In this document: in pieces, positions 52,716 through 61,064 of the stretch
Numbering within the stretch: the stretch's first letter is position 1
Layout: each line of letters starts with the position of its first letter
Assembly: GCA_963781585.1 (NCBI GenBank)
Contig: CAWAGQ010000004.1
Coordinates: 608,001 to 672,000, forward strand
From: an uncultured Gemmatimonadaceae bacterium
GTDB lineage: Bacteria > Gemmatimonadota > Gemmatimonadetes > Gemmatimonadales > Gemmatimonadaceae
Reading direction: 5' to 3'
DNA: 64,000 nt
Program-made: the position numbers and the translations under genes
The notes under the pieces: generated by a model
The model's input: the letters and a program-made list of their open reading frames with translations, nothing else
Told to the model about the DNA's origin: nothing
The model's database searches: none

Positions 52716-53291
52716 TCACTGGATAGTTGACCAGGCGGCTTTGTTGATGCAGCGCGCGTAGACGACGGAGAGGGCTCCGTCCTCGTCTGGTCCCCCGGGC
52801 CACATGGGTACGACGGCGCTCCCTTTGAAGAGAAGGCTGTCGAGTCGCCCGATCGGTAAGAATTGCGCGCGTCCTTCGCCATATCTCCACGTTCCATCGC
52901 GCCAACGGAAAACCATGGAAAGACGTGCCCAGAACGGCGCATGACCATCCGGCTTGGCCAGCAGAACGCCAATGCTGTCAGGCTCCGGTGAAAAAACCAT
53001 CTCAGCGATCTCGAACGAGACGGGCGCTGAGTACGGCGTCACCAGGCTCGCCGTCTTCTGCACGTCGAAAAGCACATTCTGAATAGCACATTGGACGCGG
53101 CCGAACTTGCCGCGATACTCGCTCGTCGAATCGAATTGCCAAATCACGCGCGCCTTCTGTACGGAGTCGATCTTCCGAGCGAGTGCCAGTTCGAAGTCCT
53201 TCGCGATCCGCGCTTCATTTACCGCCTGCGCGGGCAGATGCGTGGCCCCGAGCACGAGAGCGGCGAAGCCACATCTGCAAGCTTTGGACAC
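52716..53291 (-). CDS. Hypothetical exported protein
   Basis: GGAGG RBS before GTG 53291; signal peptide ending AQA. Confidence 0.55.
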   Translation of the reverse strand: MSKACRCGFAALVLGATHLPAQAVNEARIAKDFELALARKIDSVQKARVIWQFDSTSEYRGKFGRVQCAIQNVLFDVQKTASLVTPYSAPVSFEIAEMVFSPEPDSIGVLLAKPDGHAPFWARLSMVFRWRDGTWRYGEGRAQFLPIGRLDSLLFKGSAVVPMWPGGPDEDGALSVVYARCINKAAWSTIQ

Positions 53292-53559
53292 GGTAACCTC
53301 CATTACGATTCTGGCGACGCCGGCAGCTAACCGGCAGCTAAATGCGCCGGCAGTAGGCGGCGAAACTCTGCGCGGTCATCTTGCCCGCCGCGTCGGAACG
53401 CGGCTCAGAAGGAGACAAGGGTCGCTCGATCTCATTGCGAGCTGAGGCGCCTGGCTCCGAATCCGCTGCCGCGTCAACAGGGCCGCTGGTGCGGTCCCGG
53501 GGGCATTCGACAGCGTCAGCCCTGAGGAGCCATAGCGCCACGAATTTCCCAATACGCAT

Positions 53560-54291
53560 TTACGCGGTCACCGATTCGGTGTCGTGAGACCGCCGCTCTG
53601 ATGGAGGGTCGGCTTGCCAGCGTTCCTGCCATGCGCGGAGCATCTCCTCTAGGAACGCCGTCGCCCGGTGCCGAAATACCGAGTTGAAAGACGCTTCAAG
53701 CTCAATTTGTTGTTCTTGCTGCGTGAGCGTTAGCCCAACGTCCCTCTGCTCGAGACGCCGCACGATTTTTCTGCGATTCTCTCGCACCTCGCCGCGAGCA
53801 TGGATGAGGAGATTTCGAACTTCTCCGTACTCCAATAGCTCGTTCCACTGCGGCTCGGCTGGAGACGCGAGCGCGGCTACCTTGGTGAGGAATGTTCTCG
53901 CTTGGCGGATGCCAGTTCCACGCAGGTCCGTTCGCGCGACGCGCTGCGGCGCAAAGTAATGAACCAGGTCGCAAGTTCGAATCAGGCCGTGCTCCAACGT
54001 GCCGTAGGCCATGAGGAAGAGCGCGGCACGCTGGATCTGCGGGAAAGCCCAATCTGCCATCCCGTGTTCCAGTAAGAGCTCCGTGTATTCGCTCGCCGAC
54101 CGCTTCGTGCCCTCCACGAGGGCAGCCCGCGCCGTAGCAGAAGCGTTGTTCATGGCGACTTCCGACAGCTCGTGCAACCGCTGGACGTGGTACAGGCGCT
54201 CAAGCGTGGTCGATATTGCGAGCACGCCGTAGTCGCGAACGAGTTGAAAAGGTGCGCGCGATTTAGCAGGCGGTCGCTGCTCGGGGGTCAT
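53560..54291 (-). CDS. HEPN-domain protein (RxxxxH), candidate RNase/abortive-infection effector
   Basis: Helical protein with AYGTLEHGL, DLRGTGI and VRNLLIHARG. Confidence 0.65.
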   Translation of the reverse strand: MTPEQRPPAKSRAPFQLVRDYGVLAISTTLERLYHVQRLHELSEVAMNNASATARAALVEGTKRSASEYTELLLEHGMADWAFPQIQRAALFLMAYGTLEHGLIRTCDLVHYFAPQRVARTDLRGTGIRQARTFLTKVAALASPAEPQWNELLEYGEVRNLLIHARGEVRENRRKIVRRLEQRDVGLTLTQQEQQIELEASFNSVFRHRATAFLEEMLRAWQERWQADPPSERRSHDTESVTA

Positions 54292-54512
54292 CTCCCCCGC
54301 TTCCGCTTCCCATCGGTGGCGAGCAGTTCGCCGGGCTGAACGCCCAGGGCCGCGGCGAGGCGTTCCAGCACGTCGAGATCGATCCGGGACGTCGCGCCGC
54401 GCTCAATCTGAGAGATGGTGGCCTGGCGGACGCCGGCGAGCTCCGCGAGCGCCTCCTGCGTGAGGCCGCGCGCCGCGCGAAGATCCCGAAGCCGGAACCG
54501 GACCGGTGACAT
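54288..54512 (-). CDS. XRE-family HTH transcriptional regulator
   Basis: LRDLRAARGLTQEALAELAGVRQATISQIERG; ATGA-coupled to the HEPN gene. Confidence 0.9.
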   Translation of the reverse strand: MSPVRFRLRDLRAARGLTQEALAELAGVRQATISQIERGATSRIDLDVLERLAAALGVQPGELLATDGKRKRGR

Positions 54513-54519
54513 GCCGGCC

Positions 54520-54569
54520 AATATACGCTGAGGCGGATATTGACGGCAATACGCCCTGGCGTATATCCT
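54520..54569. promoter_or_regulatory. Divergent promoter with two related palindromic operators
   Basis: AATATACGC-TGAG-GCGGATATT (54520-54541) and ATACGCC-CT-GGCGTAT (54549-54564), overlapping TTGACG-N18-TATCCT. Confidence 0.7.
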
Positions 54570-54601
54570 TCAGGCACCACACTTATCATGGAGGCGAGAC
54601 C

Positions 54602-54883
54602 ATGCCAGCACGGATGACCGCGAACACGATACCCACGCCGGGACCGAGCGCGGCGTTTCTCGAAGGGCTGAGGCTCATCGAGACGATCTACAAGGAGTAT
54701 GGCCGTGCGTGGATCGCGCGGGAGATCGGCACGAAGGCCAGCGTCATCGCGGACTGGTACGCCGGGAAGCGGACGCCACTACCGAAACACGTTGACGGTC
54801 TGCTGGACCTAATGCTTTCCGCGTACCCATCAGGCTCCCGGCGGGCGGAAGAGTGCATTGCCGCCGCCCGGGAGTCGGGTTGA
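54602..54883 (+). CDS. Cro-like HTH protein
   Basis: GGAGG RBS; AWIAREIGTKASVIADWYAGKRTP; divergent from XRE. Confidence 0.65.
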   Translation: MPARMTANTIPTPGPSAAFLEGLRLIETIYKEYGRAWIAREIGTKASVIADWYAGKRTPLPKHVDGLLDLMLSAYPSGSRRAEECIAAARESG

Positions 54884-55097
54884 CAGCATCGGGAATCCGG
54901 TGAGGGGATGGATCGAGCGCCGAGGGCGTTCGCGCTCTGCGCCGTCGGTAGGTTCTTGCTGATCCGGGCGGCGCTCCGGATTATACAGACCGGTGCGAAA
55001 CCATTCTTGCAGGTCGGCGCGAAGGCGTTGCGCCGATCTGCACGCACGCTATAAGGCTGGTCGGCCGACAGGTTTCCGGACGAACGATTCAAAGTAT

Positions 55098-55104
55098 GTT
55101 ATGC
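55098..55104 (+). other. Integron core site GTTATGC at the start of cassette 1 (attI-like context)
   Basis: Exact complement of GCATAAC at the end of the same gene; preceded by ATTCAAAGTAT. Confidence 0.65.
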
Positions 55105-55129
55105 GGACTGAGTAAGGACGAAGACCACG

Positions 55130-56002
55130 ATGACCTCACTGAAGTACTCGAAGCCGGAACGTATCTGGTTGAAGGACCATCCTGATTTGGATGAGCGCTG
55201 GCTTCAGGACCGGATCGGTGAGGATCCGGCACTCCTCGGCCTTGGAGACTTGGTCCTGAAGGATCGAGAGCGACCGCAGCCTCGAGCTGGGCGGCTCGAC
55301 CTGCTACTTCAAGATGCGGAGACCAACAAGCGCTACGAGGTCGAGGTGCAGCTCGGCAAGACCGATGAGGCGCACATCATCCGCACCATCGAGTACTGGG
55401 ACATCGAGCGGAAACGATATCCGCAATATGACCACACGGCGGTGATCGTCGCCGAGGATATTACCGGCCGTTTCCTTAACGTCATCAGCCTATTCAACGG
55501 TTCCATTCCCCTTGTCGCCATTCAGATGAGCGCGGTCCGGCTCGGCGATTCTGTATCGTTGATCTGTTCGAAGGTTCTCGACGAGATGCGCCTTGGCCTC
55601 GTGGACGAGGACGAGGAAGTCCAGGCAGCAGCGGACCGGTCGTATTGGGAGGCTCGAGCAAGCAAACACACCCTGGCGATGGCGGACGAAATGCTCGAAG
55701 TGGTTCGTGCTTTCGATCCGCAGCTCGAGCTCAAGTACAACAAGTTCTATATCGGCCTGGCCAAGGGTGGTCAGCCAAACAACTTTGTCATCTTCCGTCC
55801 GAAGAAGGACTGGCTTCGGCTTGAAGTGCGCCTCGACCGCTCAGACGAGACGCAAGCACAGCTCGATGGATCGGGTCTCGACGTCATGGACTACGATTCC
55901 CGATGGGGGCGGTACAGAATCCGCCTCGCCAAGGGCGACACTACGAAGCACAGGGATTTCCTGGCGGCGCTCATGACGAAGGCATTCGCAGGGACCGCAT
56001 AA
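55130..56002 (+). CDS. Cassette 1: PD-(D/E)xK-like (NucS-like) nuclease domain plus DUF5655-like C-terminus
   Basis: ERWLQD..GRLDLLLQD..YEVEVQLG..HIIRTIEY; the stop TAA overlaps attC R''. Confidence 0.75.
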   Translation: MTSLKYSKPERIWLKDHPDLDERWLQDRIGEDPALLGLGDLVLKDRERPQPRAGRLDLLLQDAETNKRYEVEVQLGKTDEAHIIRTIEYWDIERKRYPQYDHTAVIVAEDITGRFLNVISLFNGSIPLVAIQMSAVRLGDSVSLICSKVLDEMRLGLVDEDEEVQAAADRSYWEARASKHTLAMADEMLEVVRAFDPQLELKYNKFYIGLAKGGQPNNFVIFRPKKDWLRLEVRLDRSDETQAQLDGSGLDVMDYDSRWGRYRIRLAKGDTTKHRDFLAALMTKAFAGTA

Positions 56003-56072
56003 CAAGCGTTTGCAGCCGACGGCGGCGTGTGAAATCGTTTGGTGCCGCCGCGGCTGAAACACAACGTTAGGC
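55997..56072 (+). other. attC recombination site (76 bp)
   Basis: GCATAAC-AAGCG-TTTGCAGCCGACGGCGGC...GCCGCCGCGGCTGAAAC-ACAAC-GTTAGGC: R''/L''/L'/R' architecture, imperfect palindrome. Confidence 0.88.
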
Positions 56073-56096
56073 CGAAAACGCAAAGGGGAGGACTGA

Positions 56097-56759
56097 ATGG
56101 CTTGGTGGATGTGGATCCTCCTGGTGCTCGCCGGCTTCGGAGTGTTGGTGACCCTTGGCAAGCGGCGCCGCTTTCGCCTTCGGGCGACCATTCTCGTGCC
56201 AGAGCAGGGAGCACCAGAAGTCCACATCTCACCTGCGGCCCCTGAAGCTGATGACTTATGCTTGCTAGTGCTCTGTTACGCTGCCAAGATCCGCTGGGTT
56301 ATCCTCAGTGAACCCGTAGTTGTTCAAGAATTATTCGACGAACTCTGTGGCGAGGCGATCGACTCGTGGAGCGAAAGCGGCGGCGATTTGATCGACCGCA
56401 TGCCGTCGGCGCGTGGACTACGTGCGGCTCAAGACTTGCCCCGCGCCGTCCCCGGAGGAGAGCGATTCCAGATTGATCTCTTTCGGACGCAGTATACCAG
56501 CCTCCAGAACCACGCGTACGTCGTCAACACGCTTCCGATGCCGGGCTTGGCCCCGAACCTTCCTTGGAGTTGGCTGCTCATCGCAAATCACGTTGCGTCT
56601 CGGCTGCACTCGCATGATTCGGAGAGACTGCGCGAAGCACTGGCGAGCTGGTGTGACAGCGTCCACGGGGAGAGCGGCGAGCAATCAGTCGCAAGCCTCA
56701 AGAGGCTCTTCGCACTGAGCTTGGCCAGCCTCGCATCGGTACAGGCCGTGCGCGAATGA
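56097..56759 (+). CDS. Cassette 2: hypothetical protein with N-terminal membrane anchor
   Basis: GGAGG RBS right after GTTAGGC; MAWWMWILLVLAGFGVLVTLGKRRR. Confidence 0.75.
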   Translation: MAWWMWILLVLAGFGVLVTLGKRRRFRLRATILVPEQGAPEVHISPAAPEADDLCLLVLCYAAKIRWVILSEPVVVQELFDELCGEAIDSWSESGGDLIDRMPSARGLRAAQDLPRAVPGGERFQIDLFRTQYTSLQNHAYVVNTLPMPGLAPNLPWSWLLIANHVASRLHSHDSERLREALASWCDSVHGESGEQSVASLKRLFALSLASLASVQAVRE

Positions 56760-56774
56760 GTCGTAGCCGTTTCG

Positions 56775-56863
56775 GCCTAACAACGTTTGCTGCTGGCAGC
56801 CGGAGCTGACCTGCTCGGACGTCCGAATCTGCCCGCCACGCGGCTCGAACGCGCGAGTTCGGG
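56775..56863 (+). other. Second attC site, degenerate
   Basis: GCCTAAC (complement of cassette-2 start GTTAGGC)-AACGTTTGCTGCTGGC...GCCACGCGGCTCGAACGCGCGA-GTTCGGG. Confidence 0.6.
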
Positions 56864-56980
56864 TACGACGCGGGCGACTCGTGGAAAAAGGGCACGCCCT
56901 ATGACCATCGTCGGGATGAGGGCGAGGCTGGCGACGGAGCGACTGTCGCCTAACGGTTTCGTCACGCCATTTCGCTGTTG

Positions 56981-57008
56981 AAGGCCCGGCTCAATGGCCG
57001 GGCTTTTT
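56981..57008 (+). terminator. Intrinsic terminator after the cassette array
   Basis: AAGGCCCGGC-TCAATG-GCCGGGCTTTTT. Confidence 0.8.
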
Positions 57009-57040
57009 GTTTGCCTGTCCGACTTCGGCGGTCGATTCCA

Positions 57041-57241
57041 GCACCCGCCGAGCAGGAAGCGCGGGAACGTGAAAAGACGAGCAATGCGAGTAGGGCACTA
57101 ATGCCCGACTCGGACAAACGCCGCGCCCGCGACGATGCGGCGAAGCTGGTTGGCGTCTCCCCGCGCTACGTGCAGGACGCGAAGGCGATCAGTCGGCGGG
57201 CGCCGGGCGGAGACGACCTGGTCTCAGGCGCATCCGCATAA
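57041..57241 (+). pseudogene. Fragment of a ParB/Spo0J-type HTH protein
   Basis: ARDDAAKLVGVSPRYVQDAKAI with no credible start, directly after a terminator. Confidence 0.45.
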
Positions 57242-58079
57242 TTGCGTAATTTTGTCCCTTGTGCTCCTGAAACTTAGGTTGGGTCGGCAGCCGTTGGAGT
57301 CGCCGCTCGAGTTGCTCATGCTGCCGTGGGGTAACGAGCACCCACTGGTTAAGTGGCCACGCCTTCCATGCGCTGCTCCCCCATTGTGGCATTTCCCCGC
57401 GGCTCACCTTTTCGGCCGCCACGCTCCCGATGAAATCGGCGAGCGTGCGAAATGGTCTCGCATCTTTGCGCCGCTGCTGATTACGCCGCGGCGGCCGCGC
57501 GAAGGACGGCAACGGCGCCAACTCCAGATGATGAGCGGTCAAGGCGCACAGATCCCCAGCGATCGCCGCATACGGTGATCGAGATTCGGTCATCAGCCGA
57601 TGAAGTTCCCGTAGCTGCTCGTACAGGGCTCCGTCCCGGCTTTTGAGCACCTCAACTAACCGCTCATGGCTCCCGCGGTACTTTCGGACGATTTCCGCCA
57701 ACAGATCGTCGGGCCACGGAACAGAGTAGTCGGCCAACGCGCGCACAATAGGACTTTGTCCGCGGCTCAATGTCTGGACAATGAAATCACGAAGGGTCGC
57801 TGGCAAGGATCGGCGGTCCGCTGCGGCGCTGAGCGACTCAGGGCCGTTCCCCAAGAGTAGCCACGTCGGGGAGCGGTGATACTCCGTGCAGATCCGAAGA
57901 ATCGTGCCTACATCAGGGGTCGCCGGGTCGCGCTTTCGCAACCACTTCCCGACCGTTTCGCTGGTCGAGCCGATGGCTTCCGCAAACGCCGCCGCGCCGC
58001 CGGCGTCCTCGACCACCAAATGCAACCGGTGGCTGATGGCACGGGAATCTGACGGCTCCGGTTTCGATCGACCCAACAA
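57189..58079 (-). CDS. CI/Stl-like repressor (N-terminal XRE HTH)
   Basis: AFAEAIGSTSETVGKWL...SPTWLLLGNGP; divergent from the replication operon. Confidence 0.7.
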   Translation of the reverse strand: MLGRSKPEPSDSRAISHRLHLVVEDAGGAAAFAEAIGSTSETVGKWLRKRDPATPDVGTILRICTEYHRSPTWLLLGNGPESLSAAADRRSLPATLRDFIVQTLSRGQSPIVRALADYSVPWPDDLLAEIVRKYRGSHERLVEVLKSRDGALYEQLRELHRLMTESRSPYAAIAGDLCALTAHHLELAPLPSFARPPRRNQQRRKDARPFRTLADFIGSVAAEKVSRGEMPQWGSSAWKAWPLNQWVLVTPRQHEQLERRLQRLPTQPKFQEHKGQNYAIMRMRLRPGRLRPAPAD

Positions 58080-58170
58080 TGCTCCGCGTTAAACTAGCAC
58101 CTCGGACAGTTTAACACCGAGTTCCCGTCATTAGCAATGTGCCCGTGACACACACACGGGAGAATCATTC

Positions 58171-58344
58171 GTGACATCGACTCTCATCGCGAATCTTCGG
58201 CCGGCGGCCGAAGAAGCGGCGCGGCGCGGGATCTCGCGGGAAGCGCTCGTACGAGCGATTCAGAAAAAGCGCATGCCTGGCGTGCGCATCGGCACCCATT
58301 GGTTCGCCGTGATCGAACCGGAAGAGCCGGGTGGGGCTTCTTGA
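58171..58344 (+). CDS. Excisionase/AlpA-like winged HTH (57 aa, below ORF-track cutoff)
   Basis: GGGAG RBS; AEEAARRGISREALVRAIQKKRMPGVRIGTHWF. Confidence 0.7.
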   Translation: MTSTLIANLRPAAEEAARRGISREALVRAIQKKRMPGVRIGTHWFAVIEPEEPGGAS

Positions 58345-58538
58345 ACCGGACGTACCATGCGTGCCCCGAAGCTCTAAAGGCGAAGCGCCCCAGCCGGTAT
58401 GTGCAAGGTGTCCGCGTCGCCATCGACGATCTCGACGCCCGGCTGCGGCACATCGAGGGCGAGGTCTGCACGCGCGCCAGGGTGCGTGCAGTGGCAAACG
58501 TGACGAACGCGCACGCGGTGTCTCTCCTCCGCAGATGA
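58341..58538 (+). CDS. Hypothetical small protein
   Basis: TTGA/ATGA overlaps with both neighbours. Confidence 0.45.
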   Translation: MNRTYHACPEALKAKRPSRYVQGVRVAIDDLDARLRHIEGEVCTRARVRAVANVTNAHAVSLLRR

Positions 58539-58738
58539 ACAACCTGCGCGTGGCGGACGCTCTGATCCGGCGCGGCGTCCCGACCGCGCCCGTGTCGGCG
58601 GTCGATAAGACACCGCTCGCCCAGCTTTTCGCGGATGATTCCGCGCGGCGCACTCCGGGGGGTCAGTCGGGACGGCCGCTACTACGTCGTCACGGGAACG
58701 GATGGCAGGGACTTGCGTGCGGTCGGCGGCAAACGTGA
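58535..58738 (+). CDS. Hypothetical small protein
   Basis: ATGA coupling to the previous ORF. Confidence 0.4.
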   Translation: MNNLRVADALIRRGVPTAPVSAVDKTPLAQLFADDSARRTPGGQSGRPLLRRHGNGWQGLACGRRQT

Positions 58739-58826
58739 CCGTCGCTGATACTGATGCACGTCCACCAAAAACAGGCGCCCCGCGGTCACGAGCCGCGAGG
58801 CGCTATGCCCCAACCTTCTCACCAGG

Positions 58827-59141
58827 ATGGAGCTTATGGCGAAGCTACGTAGTCGTTATGGGGTGCGCCAGCGCCCGGACCCTGCGGTCTCGCATCCTGC
58901 AATGCGCTCGCTCGGCGCGATCATGCTCGACGAGCATGATCGACGTCTGCTCGCGTGTTCGCTCCAAGCCTACGACCGCGCGTGGCGCGAACTGCCATTC
59001 AGCAAAGCGCGGTGTGCCACGGAAGTCCGCGCGGCTGTCACGCGCATGATCGCGCGCCTTCGCGGTGCTGACAAATTCATCCCCGCGGCCGAACAGGTCG
59101 ACGAACAGGTCGACGCTGCGATTGCGGCGCTGGGCGAGTAA
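58827..59141 (+). CDS. Hypothetical protein
   Basis: Helical ORF ending 3 nt before the helicase. Confidence 0.5.
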   Translation: MELMAKLRSRYGVRQRPDPAVSHPAMRSLGAIMLDEHDRRLLACSLQAYDRAWRELPFSKARCATEVRAAVTRMIARLRGADKFIPAAEQVDEQVDAAIAALGE

Positions 59142-59144
59142 CCG

Positions 59145-60452
59145 GTGCAATCTCGCGTCGATGCGTACGAGCCGCAGAATGACGAAGAGCTCGAGGACGT
59201 CCTCGGGTCGCCAGAGGGGAACGGCACGAAACCGCATCCGGCGAATGAGCCCGGACTCCCTTCCTTCGTGCGACTGTCCGAGGTGGCGCCTGACATCGCG
59301 ATCGAGTGGGACGCCGAGGACCTCTTTGTGCACGGAGAACCTGCGGTTCTGGCCGGGAGAGGGGCCACGTACAAGACGTCGACGATCCTCGCGATGGCCG
59401 GCGCCGTCGCGACGGGACATCGCGTCTTCGGGCGGTTCCATGTGCCCACGCCTGGTCCGTTCTGCTACGTCTCAGGCGAGGATCCGCCCGAGGTGATCCG
59501 CAACCGCCTCGAGGCCATTTGCCACGGCCACGGCTATAACGTGGCCGACGCGTTCGAGAACGTGCACGTGCTCGCGCTCTCCGGCATCGACCTCGCGGAA
59601 GAACGTTGGCGTCGACACGTCAGGGATGAAGTGCGCGCCATCGGCGCGCGGATGCTCGTGCTGGATCCGCTCGCCGAAGTGGACAGCGGCGAGGAGAACA
59701 ACAACGACGACCGCCGGCGCCTCGTACGCGCGATCCGGTGGTTCGGCGCGGAGACCGACGCGACGGTCCTGGTGGCGCACCACTTCCGCAAGAGCGCCGA
59801 GGGCGGAGACAAAGGTGATCTGATCCGGGGCGGTAATGCGCTCCCAAACGCGTCCCGGCAGACGTACGCCTTGGAACGCCTCGACGACGGGAGCGTGACC
59901 GTGGAGTGCGTGAAGTTCTCGCGGGCTGCGCGGCGACCACCCTTCGTGCTGCGGCCGATCATAGAGACCAAACCGGGCAACGAAGCGGTCTGGCTGAGTG
60001 CCCGGTTTGAATACGCCACGGCCTCCGAGGCCAAGTTCGACCGGGCGGAGGAATTCGTGCTCGAGCGCCTCACGCTCGGGGTCCGATTGAGCACCTCAGA
60101 CCTGAAGCTCGAGGCCAAGGGGACCGGTGTTTCCGGTGCCGATATTGCCCGGGCGCTGCGGGTGCTCGAGATGCGCCGGCTCATCAGTTTCGAGGCCGGG
60201 GAGAAGAATGCGAAGCTCTGGGGTCTGGTTGCCGGGCAAGCTGGGCAACCAGAGAATGTGCTTGCCCGGCAAACAGGCAGCTTGCCGGGCAACCAGAATA
60301 AGGCCGGTTCTGCTTGCCTTGCCCCCTTTAGGGGGGCAAGCAGAAACCGGCCGCCTAACGAGCACCGGCAACCAGACCCGCCCCCGAACCACGGCGAGGC
60401 CTGGGAGCCGCCTCTCGACGATTCGCAGGCAGCGATGTGGGGCGGCGCATGA
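59145..60452 (+). CDS. AAA_25/RepA-type replicative helicase
   Basis: Walker A AGRGATYKTS, YVSGED, Walker B LVLDPL, EENNN, VAHHFRK, IRGGNAL. Confidence 0.85.
   Translation: MQSRVDAYEPQNDEELEDVLGSPEGNGTKPHPANEPGLPSFVRLSEVAPDIAIEWDAEDLFVHGEPAVLAGRGATYKTSTILAMAGAVATGHRVFGRFHVPTPGPFCYVSGEDPPEVIRNRLEAICHGHGYNVADAFENVHVLALSGIDLAEERWRRHVRDEVRAIGARMLVLDPLAEVDSGEENNNDDRRRLVRAIRWFGAETDATVLVAHHFRKSAEGGDKGDLIRGGNALPNASRQTYALERLDDGSVTVECVKFSRAARRPPFVLRPIIETKPGNEAVWLSARFEYATASEAKFDRAEEFVLERLTLGVRLSTSDLKLEAKGTGVSGADIARALRVLEMRRLISFEAGEKNAKLWGLVAGQAGQPENVLARQTGSLPGNQNKAGSACLAPFRGASRNRPPNEHRQPDPPPNHGEAWEPPLDDSQAAMWGGA
60227..60350. repeat. Putative replication origin (iteron-like palindromes)
   Basis: TTGCC(G/C)GGCAA at 60229, 60262 and 60282, then hairpin CTTGCCCCC-TTTA-GGGGGGCAAG. 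Confidence 0.65.
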
Positions 60453-60535
60453 GCCGGGCGCTGTGGACGCCAGCGCCGCTTCCGTTCGACCGGCGTGGCA
60501 TGACCTCGGCGTCCCGGCCATCCGAGGACTGACCC

Positions 60536-60973
60536 ATGACTCCTCCGGAGAGTCGCGCGATGCGGTTGGCGGCCGGCCTGGATCCGGTCAGTCGGCATGC
60601 GTGGTATGCATTCCTCCCAACCTTGGAGAAGCTGCTCGCCGAGCACCACGGTCTGTGCGACGCGATCCGCGCATCCGATGGCCGGGAGGCGCGAGCCGTG
60701 CGGGCCGCAGGCTATCGCGCGCTCAGAGCGATGCAGCCTTTGGTAGCGATCGTGTGCGAAAACGAAGAGCTACGCGCCCGTATCGCCCGCCTCGCGCCCG
60801 CTCATAAGGACGAGTCGTTAGGTCAACCCCTGCCTTCACCCTTCACTTCCGAGGTGCTCCCATGTTCTACCCTTTCCCCGAACTCGACGGGCAGCTCGCC
60901 TCGGCGCGGCGCCCGCTTCTCACCCGCGCGGAGCGCGAGCGCTGGTGCGCAGAAACGGCGCCGTATGCCGTGA
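60536..60973 (+). CDS. Hypothetical protein
   Basis: GAGGA RBS, helical N-terminal two-thirds; C-terminus overlaps the next ORF. Confidence 0.45.
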   Translation: MTPPESRAMRLAAGLDPVSRHAWYAFLPTLEKLLAEHHGLCDAIRASDGREARAVRAAGYRALRAMQPLVAIVCENEELRARIARLAPAHKDESLGQPLPSPFTSEVLPCSTLSPNSTGSSPRRGARFSPARSASAGAQKRRRMP

Positions 60974-61064
60974 CCCTGGACGCCGACGGCCGCATAGTGA
61001 AGTCACCCCTGCGCCAGTCCGCGCCATCGCGCATCCGGCAGATGGCCATCAACGGACGGAACTG

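Noticed and set aside
52346..52731. Two small minus-strand ORFs
   Set aside because: Weak starts and no motifs; possible but unsupported
53320..53341. CCGGCAGCTAA x2 as an attC/core site for the minus-strand gene
   Set aside because: No matching inverse core or attC-length palindrome found; only a short tandem duplication
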